Source: a phage. From it: a DNA stretch of 60,026 bases. Both the position numbers and the translations under genes were made by a program. Numbering within the stretch: the stretch's first letter is position 1; every line of letters begins with the position of its first letter. The stretch lies in the sequence record PV806339.1, one strand, 5' to 3'. A model generated the notes under the pieces. That model was not told the origin of the DNA. It made no database searches and worked only from the letters and a program-made list of their open reading frames with translations. Positions 9,920 through 20,289 of the stretch are shown piece after piece.

Positions 9920-10545
9920 TGCCTGTTAACGTGTTAGCGATCGGCTCCGACGAGTTGAAAGGGTATCTGGAACAGGTACCGGAAATCGCTAACAATTCGA
10001 TCCGCATGGCGATTAATAGCGTGGCTGCTGGCAAGGGCATGACCCTTATCAAGAAGTCGATGACCGACGAGATTGCCTTCCCAACCGGGTATCTCAACGC
10101 AGACCGCCTCAAGCTGACTAAGCGCGCCACCACATCCAACCTCGAAGCTGTCATTGTCGGCCGTAAGCGCGCCACCAGCCTCGCCCGTTTCGTTACAGGC
10201 GGCGCAATGGTGACGAATAGCAAACGGCCCGGCGGTGTACAGGTGCGGGTGAAGAAGGGCAAGACGACGTACCTGAAAAATGCGTTTCTTGTGCGGCTAA
10301 ACAAAGGCGCGAGCCTCACCGAAGACCAGTATAACGTCGGTCTGGCCGTGCGACTTTCTGCCGGGGAATCCCTGTCCAATAAACGCTCGCAGCACAAATC
10401 ATGGCTCGTACCGGGCCGGGTGGCATTGCTGTACGGGCCGTCCGTGGATCAGGTCTTTGCGGAAGTGTCCGGCACCGTCGCGCCGAAGATTGGCGACATG
10501 GTGGCCGCTGAATTCCATCGTAACTTTGCGAGGCTGTCTAAATGA
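9919..10545 (+). CDS. minor tail protein, lambda gpZ-like
   Basis: 208 aa. The N-terminal IRMAINSVAAGKG parallels gpZ AAMAINRVASS. TGATG overlap with the previous gene. Confidence 0.55.
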   Translation: MPVNVLAIGSDELKGYLEQVPEIANNSIRMAINSVAAGKGMTLIKKSMTDEIAFPTGYLNADRLKLTKRATTSNLEAVIVGRKRATSLARFVTGGAMVTNSKRPGGVQVRVKKGKTTYLKNAFLVRLNKGASLTEDQYNVGLAVRLSAGESLSNKRSQHKSWLVPGRVALLYGPSVDQVFAEVSGTVAPKIGDMVAAEFHRNFARLSK

Positions 10546-11045
10546 GTCAAAGGCTTGACATTCTTAAAGCATTGACAGCGCACCTTGAACAGATCACCAT
10601 TGAGAACGGATACGCCTACGACCTGAAAGGTAAAGTGTATCGCGGGCGCGACCGATTCGGCGCGGACTTCACGTCCAAACTGCCAATCGTGTCGATCCTC
10701 GAAGCGAAGGCCACGGACTACGGAGCCTTTGCCAACGAGGAACAGACCGTACGAATGGACGATTGGGTGCTGCTGGTGCAGGGGTGGGTCAAAGATGACC
10801 CGAGAAACCCGACCGACCCGGCGTACGAACTGCTGGCCGAGGTGGAAAAGCGACTGGCGATGTTGGTGGCGAAGGACGAGAACGGACAACCGATGTATCC
10901 GGCCCTCTACCGCTTGGGTGGGAAGATTGCTAAACTCACACTCGCGCAGCCCGTTGTCAGGCCACCCGAAGACGGCTTGTCCGATACAGCGTTTTTCTTC
11001 CTACCTGTTAGGGTAGGACTCAAAGTGGACATTAGGAATCCTTAA
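10542..11045 (+). CDS. tail terminator/completion protein (gpU-like position)
   Basis: 167 aa, ATGA-coupled to the previous gene, immediately upstream of the major tail gene. Confidence 0.5.
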   Translation: MSQRLDILKALTAHLEQITIENGYAYDLKGKVYRGRDRFGADFTSKLPIVSILEAKATDYGAFANEEQTVRMDDWVLLVQGWVKDDPRNPTDPAYELLAEVEKRLAMLVAKDENGQPMYPALYRLGGKIAKLTLAQPVVRPPEDGLSDTAFFFLPVRVGLKVDIRNP

Positions 11046-11058
11046 CAGGAGAAACAGA

Positions 11059-12198
11059 ATGAACGATAACTACCAAAACAACTACGTGGTAGGTCGCGGA
11101 ACGGTCTACTTTGACCGATTCCAAGACGGCACTAACCGTAAGACGGGTGAAATGTATTTCGGTAACACGCCGGAATTCACCATCAACACCGATTCCGAAA
11201 CGCTGGATCACTACTCTTCCGATCACGGTATGCGCGTGATGGATGCGTCCGTCCTGCTGGAAGCGTCTCAGGGCGGTACCTTTACCTGTGACAACATCAA
11301 CGCGGATAACCTCGCGCTGTGGTTCCTCGGTGAAGTATCGAACACCACTCAGACGCAGCAGACCGACGCGAAAGAAGTGTTCAACCCGATCATGCGCGGC
11401 CGTTACTATCAACTCGGCACCACTGACGATAACCCGACGGGTGTTCGCAGCGTGACTAACTTCCAGATGGTCAAGGCTGACGCGTCCATCGCAATTTCCG
11501 TTGGTACAGGCGACATCACTTCTATCGTGGGTGCCACTGTCGTTAACCCGGCGGGTAACTACGAAATTGATCTGGAAGCTGGCCGTATCTACATCGAGCC
11601 GGATTCAGCCGACCTCGCGGGCAACGTGCAGATCGCGGTTCAGTACGACGTTGATGCGCAGAAACGTACGCTGGTCATCGGCAAGTCCAACATGGTGTAT
11701 GGCGCGCTGCGCATGATCTCCGATAACCCGGTGGGTCTGAACAAGAACTACTACTTCCCGAAAGTGTCCATCGCGCCGGACGGCGATTATGCACTGAAAG
11801 GCGACGACTGGCAGGTCATGTCCTTCACCTTCAAGGCCATGCAGCTTAACAACATCACGCAGCGCGTCTACATCGACATCGTCGAAGCGGCCGCAGCGGT
11901 TGACCCGACCACGCAACGCACCATCGAGATTTCGCCTGCATCGACCTCGGCCGCATCCGGTGGCGCAGGTGTCGTTTGTACGGTGACTGTCCGTGACGGC
12001 ACTGGCACAGCAGTTCAGGGCGATGCAGTGACGTTTACCACCGTTTCCGGTGCGACCGTTACGCCTAACAGCGCGACGACCGGGTCTACCGGGACGGCGA
12101 CCACCACCGTCAACCGTGCCGCCGCTGGTACCGCGACTGTCACCGCCACGCTGGCGAACGGCAAAGCGGCCACGACTGGCACCATTACCTTCTCGTAA
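11059..12198 (+). CDS. major tail protein with C-terminal Ig-like domain
   Basis: 379 aa. The C-terminal ~90 aa are Thr/Ala/Gly/Val-rich beta-type repeats (VTVRDGTGTAVQGDAVTFTTVSGATVTP...), typical of bacterial Ig-like domains on tail tube proteins. Followed by a strong terminator. Confidence 0.8.
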   Translation: MNDNYQNNYVVGRGTVYFDRFQDGTNRKTGEMYFGNTPEFTINTDSETLDHYSSDHGMRVMDASVLLEASQGGTFTCDNINADNLALWFLGEVSNTTQTQQTDAKEVFNPIMRGRYYQLGTTDDNPTGVRSVTNFQMVKADASIAISVGTGDITSIVGATVVNPAGNYEIDLEAGRIYIEPDSADLAGNVQIAVQYDVDAQKRTLVIGKSNMVYGALRMISDNPVGLNKNYYFPKVSIAPDGDYALKGDDWQVMSFTFKAMQLNNITQRVYIDIVEAAAAVDPTTQRTIEISPASTSAASGGAGVVCTVTVRDGTGTAVQGDAVTFTTVSGATVTPNSATTGSTGTATTTVNRAAAGTATVTATLANGKAATTGTITFS

Positions 12199-12214
12199 TA
12201 CATGCCAAACTGAT

Positions 12215-12240
12215 AAAGCGCCTTCGGGCGCTTTTCTTTT
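12215..12240 (+). terminator. rho-independent terminator after the major tail gene
   Basis: AGCGCC-TTCG-GGCGCT hairpin followed by TTTTCTTTT. Confidence 0.85.
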
Positions 12241-12294
12241 ATCTGCAAGTATGTGCTACATTAACGACGGATTAGCGCAAAGGAGATCCGTCAA

Positions 12295-12756
12295 ATGTCA
12301 TTAGCAGATTACGCACCAGAAATCGAAGAAATCACCATCCCGGCCAGACACGGTAAAAAGGCTGGCTCGTTTAACGTCCGTGGGCTTTCCTTCCACGACA
12401 TTTCCAAAATCATCCGCGTCCACTATCACGACCTTGATGGCCTGTTCGACCTGTATCAGAAGACTGCCGGGGAAGACCTGACGGCCATCGCTACGGGGCG
12501 ATTCGCCGTGTCGCTGGTATCGGACGCGCCGGGGCTGGTGGCACATGTCATCGCGCTGGCCGCAGACGAAGAAGCCGAACTGGAAAAGGTACAGACGCTG
12601 CCGCTTCTGGTGCAGTTCGACGCCTTGAAAAAGATTGCTGGTCTGACGTTCTCGGACGTTGAAGAAGTAAAAAAGATGTTCGCTCAGGTAATGGAGCAGA
12701 TCGGCAAGATGAAGGGCGAAGAGGCGGGGTCGAAACCCGGTCAAAGCGCGAAATAG
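12295..12756 (+). CDS. tail assembly chaperone (gpG-like)
   Basis: 153 aa, immediately upstream of the tape measure gene. Contains the slippery heptamer. Confidence 0.8.
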   Translation: MSLADYAPEIEEITIPARHGKKAGSFNVRGLSFHDISKIIRVHYHDLDGLFDLYQKTAGEDLTAIATGRFAVSLVSDAPGLVAHVIALAADEEAELEKVQTLPLLVQFDALKKIAGLTFSDVEEVKKMFAQVMEQIGKMKGEEAGSKPGQSAK

Positions 12757-12998
12757 TTCTCGACTTCCACAATAACCTTCGTGCCACGGTGTCCTTCCTC
12801 ATGTCCGAGGGACACCCGGCCGCCCGGCATTACCCGTTAGGATATTTGTGGTCAGAAACGAAAATCGCGAAGCGCCGGGTAAACGCGGGTTATGTCACCC
12901 AAAGTTTACTGATGCAGTCCTGTATCGGCGCTGTACTCAACGGCAAGAAAGGCGGGAAAGAGTATAAAAAACTAATCAAGGAATTATCTGATGGCTAA
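12295..12998 (+). CDS. tail assembly chaperone G-T fusion made by a -1 frameshift at 12669-12675
   Basis: Conserved G/GT architecture of long-tailed phages. The T part (12675-12998) has no convincing initiation context of its own. Confidence 0.7.
12669..12675 (+). promoter_or_regulatory. -1 programmed frameshift slippery site A_AAA_AAG
   Basis: In the G frame the codons are GTA AAA AAG (V K K). The -1 frame is open from 12663 to 12998 and ends by overlapping the tape-measure start. Confidence 0.75.
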
Positions 12999-15900
12999 CA
13001 GTAAAGACGTCGAGCTACGAATCCGGGCGAGGGACTACAGCCAGAAGCCCCTAAAGGCTGTGACCAGTGCCATCGAGCAGATGGCGAAGGCGCAGGACGA
13101 ACAGCGTAAAGCAGCCGAGCGCGGTGAAGTCTCGACGCGTGATCTGGAAGCCGCATACAAAAAGCTGGAAAGTGCCGGGAACCAACTGCTTAAACTCAAC
13201 TCGCTGATCGAGGTGTTCAAACGGCAGAATCAGGCCATGACGGAGGCGACGGCCAAGACCGAAGGACTCCGCCAGAAACAGGCCGATCTCCAGAAGACCT
13301 ACGATTCCACCGAGAAGGTTACGCAGAAACAGGAACGGGCGCTGGCCCGGGTAACACGTCAGGTTGAAGCCGCAACCCGCGCGGAAGCGAATCAGGCCGA
13401 GCGCGTGTCCCGGGCTACCCGCGACCTCGAACGATACGGGATCGAGACGTCGAAAGTTGGGGCGGCCCAAGCGGGTATCGTCACCAGCGTCGCGCAGGTC
13501 AACCGTGTCCTCGAACGTCAGGACGAAATCATTTCAACGTCTGCCGCTGCGGCCGCACAAGCGAAGGTCATTCGTGGATTGCAGCAGCAGGCTGATCAGG
13601 CGATGGCGACGGCGCGCGGGTACCAAACCCTCGGCCGCGTGGTGCAGCAGGCAACCGGGCAACTCGGGCCGCTTGGCACGCAGATCCAGACTATCGTCAG
13701 CCCGGCAGAAGCGGCGCGCCGCACGCTGTCCGGCCTTGAGAATCAGGTACACGGCGTTACTACCGAACTGGCCCGTAACAGTAAGGAAGTGGAAAACGTC
13801 GCTCAGAAAGTCCGAATGCTCAACGAGGCGAATAAAACCGTCTCGGCGCTGGCGCAGCAAATCGACCTGTACCGCCAGCAGGTGTCAACCCTTCGGAACG
13901 CCCGCACTGAATACCAACAAGCGCGACAAGACGTCATCAAGTTAGCACAGCAGATGCGCACCGCGACAACTGATACGGGCGCTTTAGGTATTCAGATGCA
14001 GGCCGCCCAACAACGGCTTTCCGCAGCCGCGACGGCCATGCGAAACACGGCCACGGCCGCCCGGTCTACCCAAGCCGCGTTACGAGCGGCGCAGGTGGAC
14101 ACGCGTAACCTGTCCGATGCGGAAGCCCGGCTGATCTCCACCAGCCAACAATCGGCCGCAGCGCTTAACACGCTGTCCACCGCGACGAACCGGAACAGCC
14201 AAGCGGCGCGCGACGGCTCGAAGGCGTGGTCACTGTTCCGAGACGAGGGCCGTACCACGCTGTCCTTCCTGCAACGTATTCGCGGTGAAGTGCTGGCGCT
14301 GACGACCACTTACATCGGTTTTCAGGGGGCTATCAATCTGGCGGGAGGCGCGATCGACGCGTACAAGAACCGTCAGCAGGCGATGGTCAAAATTGCGAAC
14401 GTGGTGGGTAACAGCCAAGCGGCCATCAACAAAGAGTGGGAATACATGGTCGGTCTGGCGAATACGCTCGGGATCGACATCACCACCCTGTCACAGTCGT
14501 ACACGAAATTCGCCGTATCCGCGAAGGCGGTCGGCCTGTCATTGCAGGACTCAAAGTTCATCTTCGAAAGCGTAGCGAAAGCGGGCCGCGTCTTCCACCT
14601 GTCACAAGATGACATGGAAGGCGTATTCCGCGCGCTGGAACAGATGTTGTCGAAGGGTCAGGTGTATGCGGAAGAACTGCGCGGCCAATTGGGTGAACGT
14701 CTCCCGGCGGCCTTCGCGCTGTTCGCAAAAGGCATGGACATGACCACCGCCGAACTGATGAAGGCGATGGAAAACGGGGAAGTCACTGGCGAGGCGGTTA
14801 TCAACTTCGCCCGCGAGCAGGCCAAAGCGATTGACGCTCAACTCGCCACGGCGCAGAAAGGTGTCGATGCGATGGAAGCGCGCGCCCGCAACGCCATGAA
14901 CGCGTTTCAACTGGCATTGGCCGACGCAGGCTTTATCGAAGCGTACGTGCAGATGCTTAACAAGATCACCGACTTCCTGAACAGCGAGGATGGTCGGGCG
15001 GCCGCCGTTAAACTCGGCGAGGCGTTCGGCACGTTGGCCGACGCTGTGACGTGGTGCATCGAGAACGTGGACACGCTGATCACCGCGTTAAGCGTTCTGG
15101 CCGGGCTGAAAGTGGTGCAGTTCATCGGCGGCATGATTTCGGGCCTTAAAAACCTGCTGCCGCTGTTCAGCACGCTCGGTAAAATCGGCGATGGCATTAT
15201 CACGATGCTAGAAGGTGTCGCGGCCAGAATGATTGCGGCACAAGGGGCCGTAGGGCTTCTCGGCATCGCGTTGAAAGGGCTGACCCGGTTAATCCCGATT
15301 GTCGGATGGGCGCTGCTGGCGTACGACATCGGTGCCATCATGTACGACCAGTCGCAGACCTTCCGCGAGGCGGTCAACGCGATCATCCGGGACTTCAAGA
15401 ACCTCGGGAATCAACTGGCAGCCGTCGTCGAGTCCATCCCGGCGCTGCTGTACGATCTGGCGGTATCGGTGCTGCGCCCTATTACCACGATGTTCGCCGA
15501 CACCACGCAGGCGATTATTAAGTGGATCGCGGATGTCCTGAAACTGATCCCGGGCGTTGGTCAAGGGCTGTCCGAGTGGGCCATGTCCATTGGCGACGAC
15601 CTGACGAAAGAGCAGCGTGGCTTCCTCGAATCGACTGGCCGCATTTGGGACAACGTCAATAAACAGTGGGTGAAACTGAACGACGAAATGGTCGCGAAGA
15701 ACGCCGATGCGACTGACAAGATTCGCGGGCAGGTCAACCAACTGGCCGCCGACATGGCCGCTATCACGAAGGGCGAAGGCTTCCAGTTCACCCAAGACCC
15801 GGGAACAGGCGTCACGAAGCGCAGCCGCGAGATCGCGGGCCTGACGAAAGAGTTAGGCAAGATGGAAGAGGCGGCCAAGAAGGCGGACGTTGCGTCGCGT

Positions 15901-17286
15901 AAAGCGGAACAGCGGAAAAGCCTGTCCGGACGCCTTGCCATTATCGACGAGGAATTCGCGCCGCAGTACGCCCGCGCTAAGTCGATCGGCGGCTCGGAGG
16001 GTGATGCCCTTACCAAACGTCTCGACGCCGTTGTGGCCGCGCGCAAGAAGGCAGAAACGACCCTCTTCAACTCGCAGCAACGTACGACGGGTGGTATCAA
16101 GAAACAGGAAAACGCATTACAGGCGCTGATCAACAAGTACAACGAGTTGAATGCCGCCGTCGGCGTGAAGGAAGTTAAGATTGACCCGAATGCCACGTTT
16201 GACGACCGTCTGGCCGCTAAACTGGCCGCTGTCAATACGCAGTACGATCAGCTGATCGCCAAGTCGAAGAAACTCGGGACTGGCGGGCAGAATCTGGCCG
16301 GGCAGTTCGAAGACCTTCGCAAACGCAATCTGGAATACGCGACCACGCAGGCCAAACTCGAAGAACTGAAACGCATTGAGGATCAGTTAAACTCGCAGCA
16401 GGAGACGAAGAAAAACCTGCTGGACGAAATCAATGCCAAACGGCAGGCCGGGGTTATCTCCGAAAATGAAGCCGTCGCGCAGACGGTAGCCTTGTATCAG
16501 AACATGAATACGGGCATCGCGTCGTCAGCCGAGCAGCTTGACGCCTTCGCGCAGAAGATTAAAGACACGATGTCGCCGGAAGAATTCAGCCGCATCATGG
16601 CGCAGATTGCATCCGTCAAAGCCGGGCTGGTGGACGTCACAGGCACCTTCACGACGATGGACACGACTGTCGTTCAGGGCGTGCTGGACGGAATGAGCAC
16701 GGCGCTGTCATCCATCGTTGACGAAATGGCGTTGGTCGTGGCCGGGTCGCAAAGCATTGGCGATGCGTTCTCAAACCTCGGCGTGGCCGTGGCACGGTTC
16801 TTCGCGGACTTCTTGCAGAAGATCGCAATGGCAATCTTGCAGCAGATGGCGCTCAACGCACTGGCCTCTATGGGGGGTGGCATCGGTTCGGCGGCCGTTG
16901 CATTAGGCGGCACCGTGGCGAAACACAATGGCGGCACCGTCGGCAGTAAGACAACTGGCGGCACGCAGATGAAGGGCGGCATCAGCCCGGCCATGTTCGC
17001 GAATGCCCCGCGCTTCCACGACGGCGGTCTGCCGGGCTTGCGTTCTGACGAGGTTCCGACCATTCTGCAAAAAGGCGAACAGGTGCTGTCGAAGGATGAC
17101 CCGAACAACGTGCTTAACCAATCACGCGGAGGCGGCCAGACGGCGCAGTCGCCACAAGGTCTTCGCTTCGTGCTGGTGGATGATAGGTCGAAAGTGCCGG
17201 AAGCCATGAACACGCCGGAAGGAGAAAAGGCGGTGATGCAGATTCTTCAACGCAACGTACCGACGTTGAAAAACTTAGTGGGATAA
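12991..17286 (+). CDS. tape measure protein
   Basis: 1431 aa. Ala/Gln/Arg-rich coiled-coil N-terminal half, hydrophobic central segments, position after G/GT. Confidence 0.9.
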   Translation: MANSKDVELRIRARDYSQKPLKAVTSAIEQMAKAQDEQRKAAERGEVSTRDLEAAYKKLESAGNQLLKLNSLIEVFKRQNQAMTEATAKTEGLRQKQADLQKTYDSTEKVTQKQERALARVTRQVEAATRAEANQAERVSRATRDLERYGIETSKVGAAQAGIVTSVAQVNRVLERQDEIISTSAAAAAQAKVIRGLQQQADQAMATARGYQTLGRVVQQATGQLGPLGTQIQTIVSPAEAARRTLSGLENQVHGVTTELARNSKEVENVAQKVRMLNEANKTVSALAQQIDLYRQQVSTLRNARTEYQQARQDVIKLAQQMRTATTDTGALGIQMQAAQQRLSAAATAMRNTATAARSTQAALRAAQVDTRNLSDAEARLISTSQQSAAALNTLSTATNRNSQAARDGSKAWSLFRDEGRTTLSFLQRIRGEVLALTTTYIGFQGAINLAGGAIDAYKNRQQAMVKIANVVGNSQAAINKEWEYMVGLANTLGIDITTLSQSYTKFAVSAKAVGLSLQDSKFIFESVAKAGRVFHLSQDDMEGVFRALEQMLSKGQVYAEELRGQLGERLPAAFALFAKGMDMTTAELMKAMENGEVTGEAVINFAREQAKAIDAQLATAQKGVDAMEARARNAMNAFQLALADAGFIEAYVQMLNKITDFLNSEDGRAAAVKLGEAFGTLADAVTWCIENVDTLITALSVLAGLKVVQFIGGMISGLKNLLPLFSTLGKIGDGIITMLEGVAARMIAAQGAVGLLGIALKGLTRLIPIVGWALLAYDIGAIMYDQSQTFREAVNAIIRDFKNLGNQLAAVVESIPALLYDLAVSVLRPITTMFADTTQAIIKWIADVLKLIPGVGQGLSEWAMSIGDDLTKEQRGFLESTGRIWDNVNKQWVKLNDEMVAKNADATDKIRGQVNQLAADMAAITKGEGFQFTQDPGTGVTKRSREIAGLTKELGKMEEAAKKADVASRKAEQRKSLSGRLAIIDEEFAPQYARAKSIGGSEGDALTKRLDAVVAARKKAETTLFNSQQRTTGGIKKQENALQALINKYNELNAAVGVKEVKIDPNATFDDRLAAKLAAVNTQYDQLIAKSKKLGTGGQNLAGQFEDLRKRNLEYATTQAKLEELKRIEDQLNSQQETKKNLLDEINAKRQAGVISENEAVAQTVALYQNMNTGIASSAEQLDAFAQKIKDTMSPEEFSRIMAQIASVKAGLVDVTGTFTTMDTTVVQGVLDGMSTALSSIVDEMALVVAGSQSIGDAFSNLGVAVARFFADFLQKIAMAILQQMALNALASMGGGIGSAAVALGGTVAKHNGGTVGSKTTGGTQMKGGISPAMFANAPRFHDGGLPGLRSDEVPTILQKGEQVLSKDDPNNVLNQSRGGGQTAQSPQGLRFVLVDDRSKVPEAMNTPEGEKAVMQILQRNVPTLKNLVG

Positions 17287-17291
17287 TAACA

Positions 17292-18980
17292 ATGGCTTTG
17301 AGCGGACTGCGCCCCGCGCGCGAACAGTTTAACCAAGCAATCTACGACGCCCTTAACGGGGCGTACCAGCTTTACGTTCAGGACGTCTTCGGTCAGGCTG
17401 CGGCCAACCAGACGTACTACATGGCGAAGTGGATGAAGTTGAAGGCCGGGTCTTATACGGCGGTCATGTATGTCGATGACTCCGGCACCCTGTCTATCGA
17501 TCATGCCGTCGTCGCGACTGCGGCCATCGGCACCAATCCGAACAGCGGGGAGTTTACGATCTCCGCCGACGGCGTGTACCGCTTTGACTGCATCTACTCC
17601 AACGTCCCGGCCGACACCCCGGCGTACATGGCATTCCAGCTAATCCTTGACGGCCAGACCGTCGAGGTTAGCCGGGCCAACGACTTTATCGCGGACATCG
17701 TGCCGATCCCGGATAAGGCATTGGGGCCGAAGCCGCCATACTCCGACGACGTCCGCCTGACGTACCCGGTGTTCCTGCCGCTGCCGAACTGGAAAGACGG
17801 CGTCACCGAGCGCATCGAGTGGCAAACTGACGTCATGATTTCCGAGTCCGGCGCAGAACAGCGACGCCCGATCCGCCTGCACCCTCGCCGCTCATTCGAA
17901 GCGACGTTCCTGCGTTGGGAAGAAAAGCGTACGCTGCTCGATACGACCATCGCGGGCGTCGGCCAGTCTCCGTTACTCCTGCCTTTGTGGCACGACATGA
18001 CAGCCACGGAAAACGATGCGCCAGCCGGGTCGGTGGACATCTTCGGCCAGTTCCGGGTGAAAGACTTCAACGTGGGTGACGTGGTCATGTTCAACCGTGG
18101 CACGACGTGGGACTATGAGACGAACATCATCGCCGGGCTGGACATTGACGCCGGGCATATGACGCTGACGTTTGGCCTCCAGTCGGACACGCCGCGAGGC
18201 ACGCGCCTGTATCCGGTTCGCGTTGCGCAGATCCGGGAGGCGATGAACGGCCAGCAGATGACCGATAGCGTGTCACAGACCCAAGTCCGGTTCTTCTGCA
18301 CCGAGAACTATGACCTGACGCCATCGTGGTCAGACTTCCCTGTCTACACCCGTACCGGGCTGCACATCTTCGTCCTGCCGGAAGATTGGGGATCGTCCAA
18401 TGAAATCACGTCTGACCGCCTGACCTACAATTTCGATAACCAGTCCGGCCCGGTGGTCATTGTTGACCCGGGCGGCCAGAACTACGGCACCGTGAAGAAG
18501 TCGTACACCATTAACGGCCGCACAGCGGATCGGCAGTTCCGGCAGATCCTGTTCGCGCTCCGTGGCCGCACCAAGACTTTCCACCTGCCGCTCGATACGA
18601 ATGACTTCATTCTGTCCCGCGACATCAACCCGGCCGACGGCGCGCTCGTAGTCCGGCGCTGCGGTTATACTCAGTACATCGGCGGGACGCAGGAAACGAA
18701 ACGTGACATCATGGTCGAACTGTACGACGGCACCAGAATCCCGACCACCATCATTTCGAGTCGTATCGTTGGGGATGAAGAGTGGCTATTCCTGTCACAG
18801 TCCATCCCGGCGACGTCCAGAAACGACGTCCGGCGCATCGGATATATCCCCGTAGCGCGATTAGATGTTGACGGAATCGAAATAAAACGGTTGACTGACT
18901 CGGCGGGCGTAAGTCAAGTTTCTCTGACCTTCAAGTTTTTCGACGATCGGAGGATTGCAACGCCCTTACCATTATCATAA
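17292..18980 (+). CDS. distal tail / tail-tip protein (GTA g12 / DUF2460-like)
   Basis: 562 aa. The segment ERIEWQTDVMISESGAEQRRPIRLHPRRSFEATF...LLLPLWHD resembles the family found upstream of BR0599-type genes. Confidence 0.5.
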   Translation: MALSGLRPAREQFNQAIYDALNGAYQLYVQDVFGQAAANQTYYMAKWMKLKAGSYTAVMYVDDSGTLSIDHAVVATAAIGTNPNSGEFTISADGVYRFDCIYSNVPADTPAYMAFQLILDGQTVEVSRANDFIADIVPIPDKALGPKPPYSDDVRLTYPVFLPLPNWKDGVTERIEWQTDVMISESGAEQRRPIRLHPRRSFEATFLRWEEKRTLLDTTIAGVGQSPLLLPLWHDMTATENDAPAGSVDIFGQFRVKDFNVGDVVMFNRGTTWDYETNIIAGLDIDAGHMTLTFGLQSDTPRGTRLYPVRVAQIREAMNGQQMTDSVSQTQVRFFCTENYDLTPSWSDFPVYTRTGLHIFVLPEDWGSSNEITSDRLTYNFDNQSGPVVIVDPGGQNYGTVKKSYTINGRTADRQFRQILFALRGRTKTFHLPLDTNDFILSRDINPADGALVVRRCGYTQYIGGTQETKRDIMVELYDGTRIPTTIISSRIVGDEEWLFLSQSIPATSRNDVRRIGYIPVARLDVDGIEIKRLTDSAGVSQVSLTFKFFDDRRIATPLPLS

Positions 18981-18989
18981 GAGGGCATT

Positions 18990-19808
18990 ATGTCTTACAA
19001 CATTATCGAGACGTCCAACGACAACGGCAGGCCCGTATTTATGTACGAGTTTCGCCTGCTGGATAAATACTGGCGTTATACCTCCGCAGACGCTAAAGTA
19101 AGTGCGCTGGGGAGCATTTGGGAACCGATGGGAGTGTCCGACGACGGGATTAAACAAACGGGCGAGGCTAAGACGGATGCGCTAAATCTGACGCTGCCAA
19201 ACTCGAATCCCGTCGTCGGCCTCTTCATCGGGACTCCCCCCGGCTCCCCCGTAACCCTGACTATCCGACGGATGCACCTTGACGATAACGACCCGGTGGT
19301 CTGTTATGTCGGCACCGTCGATAGCATCAATCAGGGCGAAAACCCTACCGTAGCAACTGTCACCTGTTCAACCCTGTCGGCCACGATGGACAGAAATGGT
19401 CTGCGCCTGTCGTGGAGCCGTGGTTGTCCGCACGCGCTGTATGACGGCCAATGCCGCGTTAACAAAGAAGCCTTCCGCGTGGATGCCACGATCCTTACCG
19501 TTGGCGCGGGTACCGTTACGGCTGCTGCATACGCCACACGGCCAGATGGGTATTTCGCAGGCGGCTTCATCGAGTGGATAGATCCGGTGTACGGCGTGGA
19601 ACGTCGCGGCATCGAAACCCATACCGGGAATACCATTACCATCTTTGGTACCGTAGACGGCTTGGCCGGGGGCTACATCCTCAAGACTTACCCGGGATGC
19701 CCGCGCACCAGTACGGCCTGTGATACCATCTTCAACAATCTGGCGAACTTCGGCGGTATCCCGTCGCTGCCAGACCGTTCCCCGTTCGACGGCAACCCAA
19801 TCTTTTAA
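18990..19808 (+). CDS. tail-tip protein, DUF2163 / BR0599 family
   Basis: 272 aa. Characteristic C-terminus GCPRTSTACDTIFNNLANFGGIPSLPDRSPFDGNPIF and an N-terminal ...WRYTSAD... motif. Confidence 0.75.
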   Translation: MSYNIIETSNDNGRPVFMYEFRLLDKYWRYTSADAKVSALGSIWEPMGVSDDGIKQTGEAKTDALNLTLPNSNPVVGLFIGTPPGSPVTLTIRRMHLDDNDPVVCYVGTVDSINQGENPTVATVTCSTLSATMDRNGLRLSWSRGCPHALYDGQCRVNKEAFRVDATILTVGAGTVTAAAYATRPDGYFAGGFIEWIDPVYGVERRGIETHTGNTITIFGTVDGLAGGYILKTYPGCPRTSTACDTIFNNLANFGGIPSLPDRSPFDGNPIF

Positions 19809-19819
19809 GGAGAATCGCT

Positions 19820-20050
19820 ATGTGGTGGGCGTTAGCTATGCTGGTGGCCTCGGTGCTGATCAACGCGGCCCTCGCGCCGAAGCCTGCATCGGCAAAACCA
19901 GCAACAATTCAGGACTTCGACATCCCGCAGGTGAAGGAAGGCACGCCGCAGTCCGTGGTATTCGGCGAGGTGTGGACAGCCGACTGGCAGGTATTGGGCT
20001 TCGGCAACTTCCGAACCAAAGCAGTTAAAGCGAAACAGGCGAAAAAATAA
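19820..20050 (+). CDS. small membrane protein resembling the detached N-terminus of J/g15-type tail proteins
   Basis: 76 aa. An N-terminal TMD, then QDFDIPQVKEGTPQSVVFGEVW...GFGNFRT...KAKQAKK. This pattern normally forms the first ~80 aa of a single large host-specificity protein. Confidence 0.7.
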   Translation: MWWALAMLVASVLINAALAPKPASAKPATIQDFDIPQVKEGTPQSVVFGEVWTADWQVLGFGNFRTKAVKAKQAKK

Positions 20051-20289
20051 TGAGCAGACACGACGAGCCGCAGGATCAGCCGCGCATCTTTATGCGCCAT
20101 GCCCGGAAACTCGGGTATTGCAAAAACGGGTCGGAGCGCTTGGCCGAGCGCTTCGGAATCACCTTCGAACAATTCCTACGGGAAGGCTACCCGGTAGCGG
20201 AAGCCATGAAGTCCGCAAACCCGCTGCTGCGTAAAGCCGCAGCCGTGGCCCAACAAGAATGGGACGAGGCGCACGCACATGGGAAGTAA
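20050..20289 (+). CDS. hypothetical 79-aa protein inserted between the two parts of the J-like gene
   Basis: TAATG coupling to the upstream ORF and an 11-nt overlap with the downstream ORF. Probably helical; no family recognised. Confidence 0.65.
   Translation: MSRHDEPQDQPRIFMRHARKLGYCKNGSERLAERFGITFEQFLREGYPVAEAMKSANPLLRKAAAVAQQEWDEAHAHGK

Noticed and set aside
12789-12998. Independent 69-aa gene starting at ATG 12789
   Set aside because: There is no SD. The frame is open upstream back to 12663, which includes a canonical slippery heptamer. It is better explained as the T part of a G-T frameshift product.
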